From NCBI RefSeq assembly GCF_006345805.1, contig NC_042997.1, positions 75,640,001 through 75,704,000 on the forward strand: a stretch of DNA of 64,000 nucleotides, read 5' to 3'. The position numbers were made by a program, and so were the translations under genes. This DNA comes from Octopus sinensis. Lineage: Eukaryota. Positions 35,873 through 50,047 of the stretch are shown piece after piece (positions within the stretch are counted from its first letter, which is position 1; each line of letters begins with the position of its first letter). The notes under the pieces are model-generated. The model did not search any database. It was not told where the DNA came from and was given only the letters and a program-made list of their open reading frames with translations.

Positions 35873-37162
35873 CAGGGTGAGGAAGCAAAATTTACAATAT
35901 TTTGAGGCAGGGATTGAAAGACAGTGTATGACCAATTATTTTATTGAAAGTTATGAGAATTTATTTGCCACAAGAAAATTTACATAATAGAAAATGTTTT
36001 TATTCTATGTGTCCTCCTTCTTTCTCAATAACTGCCTTCACACGCTTCCTGAAACTTGTACAAGTGTTCCTCAAATATTCGGGAGACGACTTCTCCCATT
36101 CTTCTGTAATAGTATCTTTAAGTGAGTCGACATTGCTGTGTGATGTTCTATTGGTAGCATGTTCTAAAACGCCCCAAATAGCATAATCCAGGGGGTTTAG
36201 ATCTGGGCTACAAGGCGGCCATAAACATGATTCCCAAAAATCGCTAAAGTTGGATTTTCAGAAATCTTGTATCTTTCTGGCTGTGTGGGCTGGAGCACCA
36301 TCCTGTGTCCATACATAATTAACATCTGGGTAGTTTGCTTTAGGCCATGACAATACCTGGTATCTCAGAGTCTTGTAGTAAGTATTAACATTTATCTTTT
36401 CATCAGCTTTGTAGAATTTTATAGGCATTTTCTTTCCATCGGAAGCCACAACACCAAAAGCCATAACTTGTGCAGCATGTTTTGTTTTGAATGTCCCCTT
36501 AACCTCAGCTGTTGATTTTGCAATAAATCTGTCATTTCTGCAGTTCAGAACAGCATCGACAGTGAAGATCTTTTCATCTGAAAAGATTGTTATAATGGAG
36601 GACATTTTCTTGAACCATGTAATAATTTTCTTGCACCTCTCCAATCTCTTTTCCTTCATAGCTGTTGTCAACAAATGTTTTGGTGTTCTTGTGTAAGATT
36701 TTAACCTCAAATCATATTTTACTGCATTTCTAATGGTCTTCTTGTCTACCTCAAGTTCAATTGCCATTTTTCTCATGGATTTGGTTGGATCCTGTAGGAT
36801 TTTGGATTTGAGAGCTTTAATAAAGGCTTTGGTACGTTTTTTGTTGATTCCTCCACTTCCAGACTTCCTCGTAATAGTTTTGCTCATAGTCAAAATATTC
36901 TTTACATTATAAACAGTCTTTATGGACACTCCAACTATCCTTGAAATCTCCTTTCGTGTGACGAGTGCATTCAGCAAATCACATATTCTTTGACGTTTGC
37001 TTTCCTGATTACTCATATGGGCAAAAGTTTCTGAAAAGGTAAGGATAATAGTGTTAGGTATGAGTATGACATCAGTATATGCTAGGTTTCAAAACAATTG
37101 ACTTAGTGCCTCCTGAGAAAAAGCAACTTAATGTTCATTGTAAATTTTGCTTCCTCACCCTG
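35873..37162 (-). mobile_element. maT (DD37D) Tc1/mariner transposon
   Basis: Perfect 26-bp TIR CAGGGTGAGGAAGCAAAATTTACAAT; TA flanks; 1290 bp. Confidence 0.95.
36000..37016 (-). pseudogene. DD37D transposase with a single premature stop
   Basis: FSDEK, QDGAPAH, SPDLNPLD with 37 residues between the last two Asp; TGA at 36258-36260; frame continues to KEGGHIE* at 36000. Confidence 0.9.
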
Positions 37163-37236
<74 letters not shown>

Positions 37237-37434
37237 TTATATTTATATCAATGGGAGTGATCATGTGAGAGTCAGCACACAAAGTTGGAGATAAGTAGAG
37301 AGAAATGTATTTGTATATACATATATGTAAGAGTGTGTATGTATACACACACTCTTCACTATATGTATATGCAAGACAAAGTGATAGGTTTACTTATGTA
37401 TGTGGGTATGTGTATATACTTACAAATGCAAGAG

Positions 37435-37480
<46 letters not shown>

Positions 37481-37486
37481 TGTATA

Positions 37487-38200
37487 TCATCGTTTAATGT
37501 CCGCTTCCCATGTTTATATGGGTTTGAGAACTGGCAAGCCAGGAAGCTGCACCAGGCTCCAATCTGATCTGGCAAGGTTTCTACGACTGGATACCATTCC
37601 TGACGCCAACCACGCCAAGAGTGTAGTGGATGCTTTTTATGTGCCACCAGCACAGGGGCCAGTTAGGTGGTACTGGCAGTGACCACACCTAAATGGTACT
37701 TTTTACATGCCATCAGCATGGGAGCCAGTTAGGCAGCACTGGCAATGACGACACTTGAATGGTGCTTTTTACATGCCACCAGCATGGGCACCAGTCTCGT
37801 GGGACTGGCATTGACCATGCTCAAATGGTGCTTTTTACGTGCCACCAGCACAGGTGCCAGTCAGGCAGTACTGGCATCAGTCACAACAATGCTTTCACTT
37901 AAATGGGTACACTTAAATAGAACGGTTGTGCAACACAGACAGAGGCTGTAGCAATGTTCTCACTTGGCTTGCTGGTCTTCTGAAGCACAGTGTATCTCCA
38001 AAGGTCTCAGTTGCTTGTCATTGCCTCTGTGGGGCCCAACATTCGAAGGTTGTGCTTTACTACCTCATTCCAGGCCTTACTGGTTCTACCTCTTCCACAG
38101 GTTCCCTCCACTCTTAGGGTGTGGCACTTTTTCACACAGCTGTCCTCATCCATACTCAACTTATGACCATACCAGTGCAGTTGTCTCTCTTTCACATGTA
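37487..38200 (-). mobile_element. RTE 3' fragment, diverged
   Basis: CAT tail, 3' UTR modules, RQLHWYGH...GRGR. Confidence 0.8.
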
Positions 38201-38686
38201 CGTATATATAGTTGCCTAAATGTAGGTATATATACATATGTATGGGAATGTATGTATATGTGAGCGCATGTATGTGTGTATATAGGCATATATACGTAGG
38301 TTTGTATGTGTGTATATGTGAGTATATATCCAACCGCTGAATACTAAAGATCAGCTTAAGAAATTCACATGTGTAGCCAAACATGAAGAACCGATCAGAG
38401 ATATCCCCAAATAGAAGACCAATCCCATTTAAATGCCAACCAGTACCATTCATAGTCTGACAAATGTATTCTTGCCCACACACCATTGGCCTATCAACTG
38501 CTACTAAATTCAAACCCCAATGAGCAGAGGAGATGACCTTGAAGTCATTGAATTTAAACTAACATAGACAACACTCATATATTGCCTGAGGAAACACAAC
38601 TAGATCTCATTATGCAAAGAAACAGTAGCATACTCAAATACCTGTATTCTTGGAGAACTATGTTGTATCAAAACAATTGTAGCGAA

Positions 38687-39070
38687 TCTCTCTATATATA
38701 AACGGCAGTTTGTCTGTGCGTGTGTCTGTGTGTCTGTTTGCTTGTACCCTCACCCTGACCACGGCTTTCAACCGATTCTGATGAAACTTGACACACACAT
38801 AGCCCAATGTCATAATTCAAAACTAACGCAGCGAAAATTTTGAAAAGTTCCCCCAGTTCTGAAAAATATCGATAAATTCGACATGGGGTCGAGAATTAGA
38901 AACACAAACCACAAACTGTCTAGGGGACGCAAGTCCACCTTTTTTAACTAAAAAAAAAAATTTACCATCATTTTTTTCCATTTTTTTGCTATTTTTTGGC
39001 TATAACTCTCTAAAAGTGCTTTATAGTTTTTTCCCTTACAAACCTGAGCAACGCCGGGCGATACTGCTAG
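38687..39070 (+). mobile_element. Non-autonomous Helitron-like element
   Basis: A|TC start, subterminal GC hairpin (CCTGAGCAACGCCGGG), CTAG|T end. Confidence 0.7.
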
Positions 39071-39128
39071 TTATAAATAAATGTCCGACTGTACTCCAAT
39101 TTCTTCAATTTTATATATACACAACACA

Positions 39129-39187
<59 letters not shown>

Positions 39188-39319
39188 GCATTAAGAATCC
39201 ATACAAATCAAAATTTATGGTTAGAAAAGTAAAGGAAGTTGAACAAGGCACAAAATTATATTTTAGAGAATCTTTGATATTTTTGGTACAGTGAGTGATT
39301 TAAAATATAACCAGTTTTG

Positions 39320-39451
39320 ATGTATCCATCTTATCAAATATTAAAAGGAATTTTTTGGGAAGTCAAAGAGAAAAAAATAGGAGTTTAACAGTTTGACCTA
39401 TGCATAGATTTCCATAAAAATTACTTTTAACATTTGATAAGATGGATACAT
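39320..39451. mobile_element. MITE-like element
   Basis: 28-bp inverted termini ATGTATCCATCTTATCAAATATTAAAAG / CTTTTAACATTTGATAAGATGGATACAT. Confidence 0.65.
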
Positions 39452-39458
39452 TGACACT

Positions 39459-41625
39459 CATCATCATCATCATCATCATTTAACATACGTTGTCCATGAT
39501 GGCATGGCTTGGACAGTTTGACCAGGGCTGGTAAGCTGAAGGGCTACGGCATATTCCAGTCTGATTTGGCATGGTTTCTACAGCTGAATTCCCTTCCTAA
39601 CACCAACCACTACAAGAGTGTAATGCATGACACCAATATCTACCACAACTACGATTTCACTTGGTTTGATGGGTCTTCTCAAGCATAGCATATTGCCAAA
39701 TGTCTCAGTCATTTGTCATTGCTTCCATGTGGCCCAACACTTAAAAGGTATTTTTTACATGCCAGTTGCCTCCAAGAGGCCCAACACTTGAAAGGTGCTT
39801 TGTATGTACCACCTGCACAGGTTCAAGTTATGTGACACTGGCATTGGCCACATTGCCTCTGTGAGTACCAACACTTGACAGATGCTTTTTGCATGCCACT
39901 GCCACAGGTGCCAGGTACATGACACCAACATTGGCCACATTGCCTACATGAGGCCCAATGCTCAAAAAATACTTTTTACATGCCACTGGCATGGATGCCA
40001 GTTATGTGACACTGGCATCTGCTATGAATATGATTTCACTCAGCTTGACAGGTCTTCTTAAGCATGGCATATCACCAAAGGTCTCGGTCACTAGTCATTG
40101 CCTCTGTGAGGCCCCAAGTTCGAAGATCATGTTTCACCACCTCCCTTGTCTTCTTGGGTCTATCTCTTCCACAGGTTCCCTCCACAGTTAGAGATCAGCA
40201 CTTTTTACACAGCTGTCCTCATCCATACACATCACATAACCATACCAACACAGTTGTCTCTCTTGCACACCACATCTTTTATCTCAAGACGCTTCCACTC
40301 TGTCATACATGCTCACTGACATTACACATCCAGCAAAGCATGTTAGCTTCATTTCTTTCAAGCCTACCTATATCCTCGGTGGTCATAGCCCATGTTTCAC
40401 TGCTGTGTAGCACAGCTGTTGATACACAAGCATGATATAGTCTGCCTTTCACTCTGAGGGAGAGGCCCTTTGTTGACAACAGAGGTAGGAGCTCTCTGAA
40501 CTTTGCCCAGCCTACTCTTATTGTTGCAGCTATGCTCTTAGAGTATCCACCACCACTACTGATTTAGTCATCTAGATAACAGAAGCTATCAACTACATCT
40601 AGCTTATCCTAGGTGCATTTGCTGGGATCTCTTTTCTGTACATTTTTAGTCTTTATTGTACCTGTGCATCTTCCACACACAAAACCTATTTTCCAGTGAA
40701 CATGCCTCTGATATTGCTAAACCTCTTATGTGTACAGCTTATAGAATTGCTGCCTATGCCTTTCCTACAGATCAAGCATGGCAATCTATCTGAAGTGATT
40801 TGTCTTGTCTTCCTACTTACTAAGACTTTGGTGTTTGCTAGGTTAACTCTTAGGTCCTTTGATTCTAGACCTTTCTTCCATACCTGGAATTTCTTCTCTA
40901 GTTGTGGTAGTGATTCAGTTATAAGAAAAAGGTCATCAGCATAGAGGAGCTCCCAGGGTCAGCCTATCTTAAATTCCTCTGTTATTGCCTGGATGGCTAT
41001 GATGAACAAGAGGGGTCTGAGCATTGATCCTTGGTGAATCCCTACTTATACCCTGAATTCATCATTAGTTACCAACCCTCACCTTACTGACAGCATCCCC
41101 ATACATGTCTTGTACAGCTCTCACCAACCACTCATCTATCCCTAGTTGCCACATTGACCACCAGATACAAGATTGGAGGACCCTGTCAGAGGCTTTCTCC
41201 ATGTCAATGAAAGCCAAGTACAGAGGTTTGTCTTTGGCTAGGTACTTCTGAAGCTGCATTACCAGAAATACAACATCAGTGGTGCTTCTCCTTGGCACAA
41301 AACCAAACTGTATCTCATCTAGATTAAACCTACCCCTAATTAGTTGGGCTATGACCCTCTCTGTAACTTTCATCACCTGATCCAACAATTTGATACTTAT
41401 GTGTTTATTTCTACCTAAGGTATCACCTTTACCTTTGTAGTAGTTGACTATAGTACTGCTACACCAGTCATTGTGTATGACTCCTTCATGTACAACTTGA
41501 TCAACTATACTGGTGACTAGACCATATCCCATATCGCCAAATATTTTAAGCATCTCAGCAGTTATTCCAGGTGGGCCAGGGGCTTTTTCTGTCTTCATAT
41601 CCTTCATAGCTTTGTCTACAATGCT
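39459..41625 (-). mobile_element. Older RTE LINE, RT to 3' end
   Basis: KAPGPPGIT, FIDMEKASD motifs; CAT tail. Confidence 0.88.
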
Positions 41626-41724
41626 TCTGTCTATTCAAACTATAACACTAACAAAAATATTAAACCTTCTCTAAAATATACTTTTGTGCCTTTTCCAACT
41701 TTATTTACTCTTTAAACTATATAT

Positions 41725-41764
<40 letters not shown>

Positions 41765-41769
<5 letters not shown>

Positions 41770-43390
41770 GCATGTTGGATGGCAATCTGGTATCTTCCAT
41801 GGTGTACATGGGGCCATGGAATTGGTTCCCAAAATGAAGATGGTACAAGGCTACTGGAGTTCTATGATGCATATAACCTATTGATCTGCAACACCAACTT
41901 CAGGAAGCCAGCCAACCACCTATCAATCAGGTGACTGTGCTAGCCAGATGGATTGTATTCTCACCAGACAGCAGGATGCATGGTTACTTTTAAATACAAA
42001 GACCCTCCCTGGTGAAGAATGTACTCCACAGCATAGACTAATTGTTAGTGACTTTAGACTCCAGCCAGAAGGATGCCAAGAAGCATACCAATCTGGAAAA
42101 GAAAGATTTGGAAACTTAAAGACCCTTCATATGGTCAGAGATTTAGGGACATCCTAATTGAGAAATTTGATTAGAGAGGAGGAGCTACAGACTTGTGACT
42201 TAGAGGGCAACTGGGAATTCCTGCAGGACAGCTTGCTGAGTGCCACAGACCAAATCTGTGGTTGGTACAAAGTCCCTTCCAAACCTAGGGTAATGTAGTG
42301 GTGGAATGATACTATAGACAGGGCCATTAAAGCAAAGAAACAGGCCTGGAAGAGAGTGGATAGCAGGGAACTGTATCAGATAACCAGAAGGGAAGCTGGG
42401 GGAGAGGTATATATAGCCAAGGTAGAAGCAAAAAAGAAGCTTGCCTGTGTTCAGTGACATGAGCACTAAAGTATTTTGGATTGTAAGACAGTGTGTGAGA
42501 GAAGGTGTAGGAGTGGCTGTGTAGTAAATAGCTTGCTTACAAACCACATGGTTCTAGGTTCAGTCCCACTGCATGGCACCTTGGGCAAGTGTCTTCTATT
42601 ATAGCCTCGGGCCGACCAAAGCCTTGTGAGTGGATTTGGTAGACGGAAACTGAAAGAAGCCTGTTGTATATATCTATATGTATGTGTGTTTGTGTGTCTG
42701 TGTTTGTCCCCCCAACATCGCTTGACAACTGATGCTGATGTGTTTACGTCCCCGTAACTTAGTGGTTCGACAAAAGAGACCGATAGAATAAGTACTAGGC
42801 TTACAAAGAAAAAGTCTTGGGGTCGATTTGCTCAACTAAAGGTGGTACTCCAGCATGACTACAGTCACATGACTGAAACAAGTAAAAGAGTATGTCATAG
42901 GAGAGAAATGCATCTGCATGGATGATGGTGCACTTGCATTTAATGATTCTGGAAAGAAAGAGGCCTGGAGATGCCATTATGAAAGAGTGCTGAATGCGGA
43001 AAATGAATGAGAGGAGGAGAGTCTGCCAAATGTTGAGCCAATTGAGGACCAGCTACCCAAATTGACAGTACCCTGGGAGATTAAGTAATTAAGGATATGA
43101 AGACAAGGAAAACTTCCAGTCCATCAGGAGTCACTTCTAAGATGCTTAAAATATCAGGCAGTGTGGGTTATGGTCTAGTCACCCATATTGTAAATCAGGT
43201 GGTTCACAAAGGAGTCATACCCAATGATTGTTGTAGCAACACCATTGTCAACTGCTATAAAGGTAAAAGTGATGCCTTAGATAGAAATAATTAACTTAAG
43301 AATTAACCTAGCAAAAACCAAAATCTTAGTAAGTAGGAAGGTAGACAGATCACAAACCCCTTCAGTTAGATGTCCCTGATCAATCTGTAG
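41765..43390 (+). mobile_element. RTE APE-to-RT fragment interrupted by a SINE
   Basis: Degraded APE and linker motifs continuing after the SINE (SSPSGVTSKMLKISG). Confidence 0.8.
42503..42890 (+). mobile_element. tRNA-derived SINE, full length
   Basis: A box TGGCTGTGTAG, B box GGTTCAGTCC, internal TA/TG tract, tail GAAACAAGTAAAAGAG. Confidence 0.9.
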
Positions 43391-43639
43391 GTTCACAAAT
43401 AGGATGCCATTTTATCTACACATGGTTGTGCATAGGTGGATAGAAAATTTATCTGCCTCTTATCTCTGTATGGGGTTGCTAGCTGATTTCTTTTCTGCTG
43501 TTGGATTATTTCACCTCTCTTTTTTTTTTTTTTTTTTGCTTTTTTTATACCCAACAGTAGCCCTTTTCTACTAGCAATTACTGTAGCACACATATATGTT
43601 GTCAAAGCATCTAAATCCACCACAAGTTTGACTGAACTA

Positions 43640-44260
43640 AAAAATCAGTTAAAAAAATAATATATGAACCTGATTATACAATGGAAGTTATACATTCCAG
43701 ACCACATTGTACCCGGGTCATGCTGACTTACATCACTGTCCCTTTTCCCTGTATAAAAACTAAACCCACAGCTGTACCCCATATTTGCTTCACAAAACTT
43801 CCAAATTTTGATCCCCTACTTTGTGGGTTTTCCTGGCATATATTGTTAGAAATGTTCTCTACCTTTATACTTCACCATGCCTTTATCTACAGATAAGTAT
43901 CTATCAGGATTGTGAAGTGTTTTATATGTGTTTTGGACACAGTTGATGAAGTGTCTTATTTTAAATAGGAGATGGAAGTTTGATTCTCCACATACTAGGT
44001 TATTGCTAGTGCCTCTCATATGTAGATATTATTTTAATTTCGTAAGTCATGTCTTTGTCATAATATTGGAAACATATTGGTCTCCAAAAATTTCACCATT
44101 ACTCCAGTAATTTTTAATTTGGAGTAATTTCATGGTACCCATAATAATATTTATGGCAAAAATTGCTCGTGTATCTTCTACAATTGTGGGAAACCAAAAA
44201 CTACCTTCCTTTTTCAGTTTATTTACTTTCTGCATAATGGCTGGTTTCCACAGCAATTAC
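43640..44260 (-). pseudogene. piggyBac transposase relic
   Basis: Minus strand reads SVDKGMVKYKGR...QYMPGKPTK*GIKIWKFCEANMGYSCGFSFYTGK and AIFAINIIMG..KNYWS. Confidence 0.85.
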
Positions 44261-44499
44261 TTCAAAGAAGCTTATTGGAAAAAGTAACAGAAAATAGTCT
44301 AATGGCTTCAATTCCTAAGAAAGACTAAGTAGGTCCAGTCTCTTCTGAAAAATAGTTTTCAAATTCCAACTCCATTTAGGTATAGATTTGCTCTTGCTGT
44401 CACTATTGAGTTATCTTCAGAATTGCAAGTGAGATGACATGTTTTCACAAATGTACTTACGAGATTTGTGCTGAAATTTACATTTAAATGTCATTGGGT

Positions 44500-44995
44500 T
44501 TGCCTGGCTGTCTATGGCTGGGTTGGTGTGGAAAGGATTAAAAATCTGATAGCTAACATTAGTAATAGGATATCAAATCTATCTTCTAAACAACTATTTC
44601 ATGAAGCAGCCCCTTACTATAACAATGCCCTAACTAACAGCTGCTTCAGAGATAAAATATATTACAAATCTTTAAGTAAAAACAGGAATCATAAAAATTG
44701 ACCAAGGAAACTAATTCGGTTCAACCCTTCTTTCTCCCTTAATGTTACGGCTAACTTAGGCAAGAATTTCCTGTTTCTTTTAGATAAGCATTTTCCATTA
44801 AATCATAAATACAGGAAAATTTTTAACAGATGCTCAAAAAGATATACAGCTGCTGCCCCAATATGAAGAACATTATAACTTGCAAAAATCACCAAGAAAC
44901 CACTCCCATTTGTAACTGTTGGGACCCTGAAGCTTGCCCACTTGATCAGGTGTGTATGATGAATTCTGTCATATACAAAGCTGCTGTCTATCTAT
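44500..44995 (+). pseudogene. Penelope-like fragment (thumb/linker)
   Basis: ISNRISNLSS..F.EAAPYYNNAL, FNPSFS.NV, LDKHFP.NHKY.KIFN, CNC..PEACPL motifs. Confidence 0.8.
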
Positions 44996-45008
44996 CTATT
45001 TATCTTTA

Positions 45009-45069
<61 letters not shown>

Positions 45070-45093
45070 ATGTATGCTTTGTGATGGCCTATA

Positions 45094-45129
<36 letters not shown>

Positions 45130-45499
45130 CATATGTATGTATATTTCGAAAAATATTTTCGAATAATCCTAGTGGTTACAATGTTTCCTTCAAATTGGTT
45201 TTAAATGCCAGCTGGTGATACCCAAGTTAGTAACAAGTTACTTGACTCTGGTAATTATTCACACTTGGTAAATCTAAGTGTCCTTTTCAGGACTACATAG
45301 TTTCTGTAGAGTAAGTAATAATATTAATAATGGTCAGGGGAACAAAGATTTTCCACATGTTACTTACTTATTAAACAGTTACTTACAGCATTCTTTTGTG
45401 GGACAGAAATCATTGTACACAGGTCAGCAGAATTAAAACAGGTAATAGCCAACTTAGGAATGAAAGGATAGATAAGGATAAGAAGATCAAACAATGGGT

Positions 45500-46700
45500 A
45501 ATAACCATGGAACACCAGATAAGGTGATGATTAGCAATGATTTTAAGAAAATGGAACTGTATAATCTACTAAATAACTTTGATAGTAACAAAAACTTTAG
45601 TAGGCAGCACCCAAATAGAGGAGGTAACAAATATGTAAGCCAGTCCTTCAGAAATACACAAATAAGTAACAGACCAAATATGAAAACCAGAGAAATAGGA
45701 TAAATACTCCAAAAATTTCTCTAATAAAATATCTGATAATACAAAGTGGCATATAATTCCCTTCAGAAAGCAAATTCTTTCCAACATTCCTAAATTATTC
45801 TATTCAGCAGTGGTAAAATATTTTCCAAGAAATAGTAAATACTTTAGTGTATTTAATAACCACAAAATTAGGCTTGCGTTTTCCAGCAGCAGGAACCTAG
45901 TGCAAATTATAGCTGCACACAAGTTAAATAATTTCTATGAGAATACTATTAATATTAATCAAAACAGAAATAGCGAATTAGGAATAAACGGTAATGAGAC
46001 AAGCCTTATTGATAGAGCTAGTGACCAGAAAAGTAGCTACAACAAAGGAACTAATATAAGAGAAGCAACCACTAACTCAACTACTAGACTAGAAAGAGAA
46101 GACAAGAACATTAGAAAGTGCACTACACAATGTCAACAATGGGAATATTGAAAATAACCTGGAATATAGGTGAAATAAATTAGAGAATACAAATGATCAA
46201 AACAATAGAGAAGATAAGAACAGAATTATAAGAATTAATAACTGTGATTATGCAAAAAGAAAATTATGTCTGTTAAAATCACAATGTAAAATTTAAAATG
46301 TGGTTTACAGGTGTAAAATTATATCAGAAGGTATAGAATATTTCTATATAGGTGCTAGTTCATGTTTTATAAAATGTAGGATAACTAACCATGAAAATTC
46401 ATTTAAAGATAAAAGTATGAAATATAAAATGAGCTTAAGTAAATTAATTTGGTCACTAAAGGATAGTAATAGAATATACTCAATTGGCCGGGACATAATT
46501 AGTTGGGCTAAACCATATAGTATATGGAATAAATGATGTGAGTTATGTGTTGATGAAATATACCAGGTTTCCACTTCAAAATGTGATCTGATAAACTCTA
46601 GACAGGAACATGGCTTAAGATGCATTCATGCAAATAAAAATACATTTAATAAATTCAGATAAATGCATTATACAAAATAAGCATGAAAATTATAAATTAC
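45500..46700 (+). pseudogene. Penelope-like fragment with GIY-YIG endonuclease
   Basis: VYRC...YIGAS..IKCRITNHENSF...LSKLIWSLK...AKPY...CELC. Confidence 0.75.
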
Positions 46701-46950
46701 TAGAATAACAATTGTGAAAACAAAAACAATAAGCCAAAATTAAATGAACACCTCTAAAAATAAAAATTCTCTTCCAAATGAGTAAAATGGTAAGCTTGTA
46801 TTTAATAAATTCAAATAAGTGCATTATGTTTAATAAAGCAAGAAAATTATAAATTAATAGAATAACAATTGTGAAAACAAAAACAAATAATAAAACAAAA
46901 TTCATACCTCAAAAAATAAAATTTTCCTTTAAATGAGTAGAATGATAATC
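46646..46950 (+). repeat. 155-bp imperfect tandem duplication
   Basis: TTTAATAAATTCA... at 46646 and 46801. Confidence 0.75.
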
Positions 46951-47312
46951 TTTATGATAATACTAATACTAATGAACTTGCTCAAACTCCTAACTTTGAC
47001 CTATTTTTAAGACTATACCTAACTCTACATATCAAACTAACCGAGGTGAACTTTGGGTCAAGAATTATACAAACATTTATAGTAACACCAACACCTCCTT
47101 AAAATATACTCTATTCACTCACCTTAACTTTGAATGGCAGTAAATAATGGACCCCAAAGAAACCTCATCGACAATAACACCAGAATATGCAGCTAACAGT
47201 TGAAATGCACATAGGTCCACAAGAGAATGCTGTAAATAACTGTTTATAAAAATTAGATGTGGAAAATCTCCATTTTCCTGACCATTAAGTACTATATATG
47301 TGTGTGTGTGTG

Positions 47313-48536
47313 TTAGCAGATTGTCTGGAAAGTTCTGCACATTTTTTGATATGCAAAAAGGGATATAAATAAATTTTATTCAATGAAATAATTTCCATTA
47401 TTATTAATGACCTTTGCCCATCTATCAGGCAATTTAAATATTCCATCAGCATGAAATTTGACTGGTTTTGAAAAAAAAAAAGTTATCTAGATGCATTTTG
47501 ACTCCATCTAAATCCTGAAATGTTTTTCTTTGGAATGAGTTCTTTAGAGACAAAAACAAGTGGTAGTCAGATGGTACAGTATCAGGAAAATATGGTGGAT
47601 GGAGTAAGAGATCCCAGCCAAGTTCAGGTAACTTTGTTCAAGTAGCCAAAGACACATGATCGGGTTGGAACACTACTCCTTTTCTGTTGGCAGTCCCTGG
47701 CTTCATTACTTTGATTTCTTTTGGTTCAAATTAGCCAGCTGATGACAGTACACATCAGAATTAATGATCTGGTTTTGTGGGAGAAGCTCATGATAAATAA
47801 TGACTTTATGATCCCACCAAACACAAAGCATAGCTTTTTTGGCATGGATATTCATCTTTGGTTACTGTTTGGGGGGGATCCTTATGCAAACTCCAGGATC
47901 TTTTTTGCACTATATTTTCGTACACAATTCATTTTTCATCTCCAGCCTCAAGTTGTTGCAAAAAGGGGCATGCTTCCATTTTGTTTCAAAAGTGTATCAC
48001 AAACAGAATTCCTGTTCAAGCAATTCTTTTCTGAGAGTTTGTGAGGGCCCCATACATTATAGCTTCCCTAGGTGTTCATGAGCTGTACTTTTAGAAACTC
48101 CCAACTCCTCTGCAAGTTCTCTAGTTGTGATATTTGAGTTTTCTTCAATTTTTGCCTTCAAAACATCTTCATCCAAGTTTGAAGGTCTTCCAAGTTAAAC
48201 TCACTAGCTTTAAATTTTGCAAGGTATCTTCAAACAGTTGATTCACCTACAGCATCATCACCATAAACATCACAAATGTTTTTTGCAAGTCTTTGCAGCA
48301 TTTTTACCTTTTTAAAAAAAGAAAAGCATTGCAACGCAAATAGAAAATATTTGGTTATCCATTTCAAATGTCAAAGCATAACTGGAATGAAAGATAAATC
48401 TAATTTTAGTCAGGAACAAAGCAGAGATGTGCTACCACTTCAAGCAATGCCAAAGTTTTAAGTATGTTCCAGGTATGTTCGATGAAGCATTAAAAGATTT
48501 AGCTTAAAAATGCTCAGAACTTATCAGGCAACCTAA
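47313..48536 (-). mobile_element. Degraded mariner
   Basis: Minus strand HPPYFPDTVPSDYHLF; TIR-like ends (TTAGGTTGCCTGATAAGTTCTG). Confidence 0.75.
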
Positions 48537-50047
48537 TATATCTATATAGACTTCTATTTTGTAGGACTGATGAAACCTTGTGAGTAGATGTGGTAGATGA
48601 AAACCTCCATATGTCTGTGTGCATACTTTTATGTGTGTGTGTCTACATATATGTGTGATTGTGTGTGTATATACACACGTACATTATGTAGGTGAAGTTG
48701 CAGAAATTCTATGACAACCACTTCTGAAACCTTTCCAGAGGTATGGCAAGGAGCCAAATCCTGCTATCACATATATGGCCTTAAAGCAGCAACCCTCTCC
48801 AGTTACCTGAATTGAGCCTGTACAAAGAAGACAATGAAATCTGTTGTGATTTGTTATAAACAAATGTTTTTATTCTTTTCATGCGCAAAAATAAATACTG
48901 TTACAACAAACGACAAAATGTCCAGAGTGTTGGTTGCAGTTATTGACCATTCATTGGCTTGGTGTTATCAATTGTTGCTCTGGTGAGTCAGTCAAACCAC
49001 TTGAGGAAAGGTCTTCTTTGAAATTGGTAGGTCTGCTTCCTGTAAGATTGGGTCATTATATAGGCCAAAGGACTACCTCATATTTTGTATCTTTACAAGT
49101 CCACAATTTGTCCTTGCATGGAATACTTTTTCATATTTGGGAAGGTGCACCATCTTGTCACTTCAACCTCTTTGATCTCGTTCAAAAGCAAGTCTCTAAT
49201 TTGATTGGTACCTCTCTTACTTCAACTCTGCAACCCTTATAACACTAACATAACATCACCAATCTTAATGTTTTCTATTATTATTACCACAGGAAGTACT
49301 TTGATGAAATTTCTTTCTTGGTTCCAAATCAGCTTATGCCATGTCATTTGATTTGAAACTCACAGCATTTTCATCCAAATGCTGTTGTGCTTCTACAAAT
49401 AAGGAAGTCATATGATCATAACTTTTTTCCTCAAACTTCCATCTCATTGTTTTCCTCTTTCTTATGACCTGAACTCTTTCAAATCTAAAATAAATTCATT
49501 CCATATGTTTTAATTTCTCCTTTGTAGTTCTTTACACTAAACAGCTTCTTGCCTTGTTCAGAACTTTCTTATAAAAAAGAGGAAAAAATGAATAGTCTAA
49601 TTAAAATAGTCTTTTTCATATATTACCTTTAAACTACAAACCTAAAGATATGTTTTGTTAGTATAATATTGGGTGGGCTATTCTCAGTAACTCTTTCATC
49701 TGATAATTCTTAAATTCTCTTCCTTGGTTGACTTAATTTTCCATTTCTCTGAAATTGAAGGAAACAATTAGACTATGAATGATTTAGAAAATATTTACTG
49801 GAGTGATTATTGCATGTTTAATAGTGTATGTTCATATATTTGTGTGTGTGTATCTTTTTTTATCTATCTATATTTTTGTCATAGAATACAATTAAATCTA
49901 CTACCCTTAATCAAATTTTCTAAGTAGATATCTTTTTACTCAAATTAGTTGGTTATGATGGGAAATCATTTAAAATGAACCATCATTTAATGAAGAAAAA
50001 AAAAGACATATATTATTCAATTTGTTAAATTTTTTTTTTTTTTCCAG

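Noticed and set aside
42503-42580. tRNA gene
   Set aside because: A and B boxes belong to the SINE head; no full cloverleaf, and the SINE body follows
39459-43390. Single RTE with a twin-priming inversion
   Set aside because: The two oppositely oriented parts overlap in RT coverage and are separated by other repeats; independent insertions explain it equally well
45195-45260. CCAG-CTGGTGA...CTGG near PLE fragments
   Set aside because: GAAA box absent; too decayed to call
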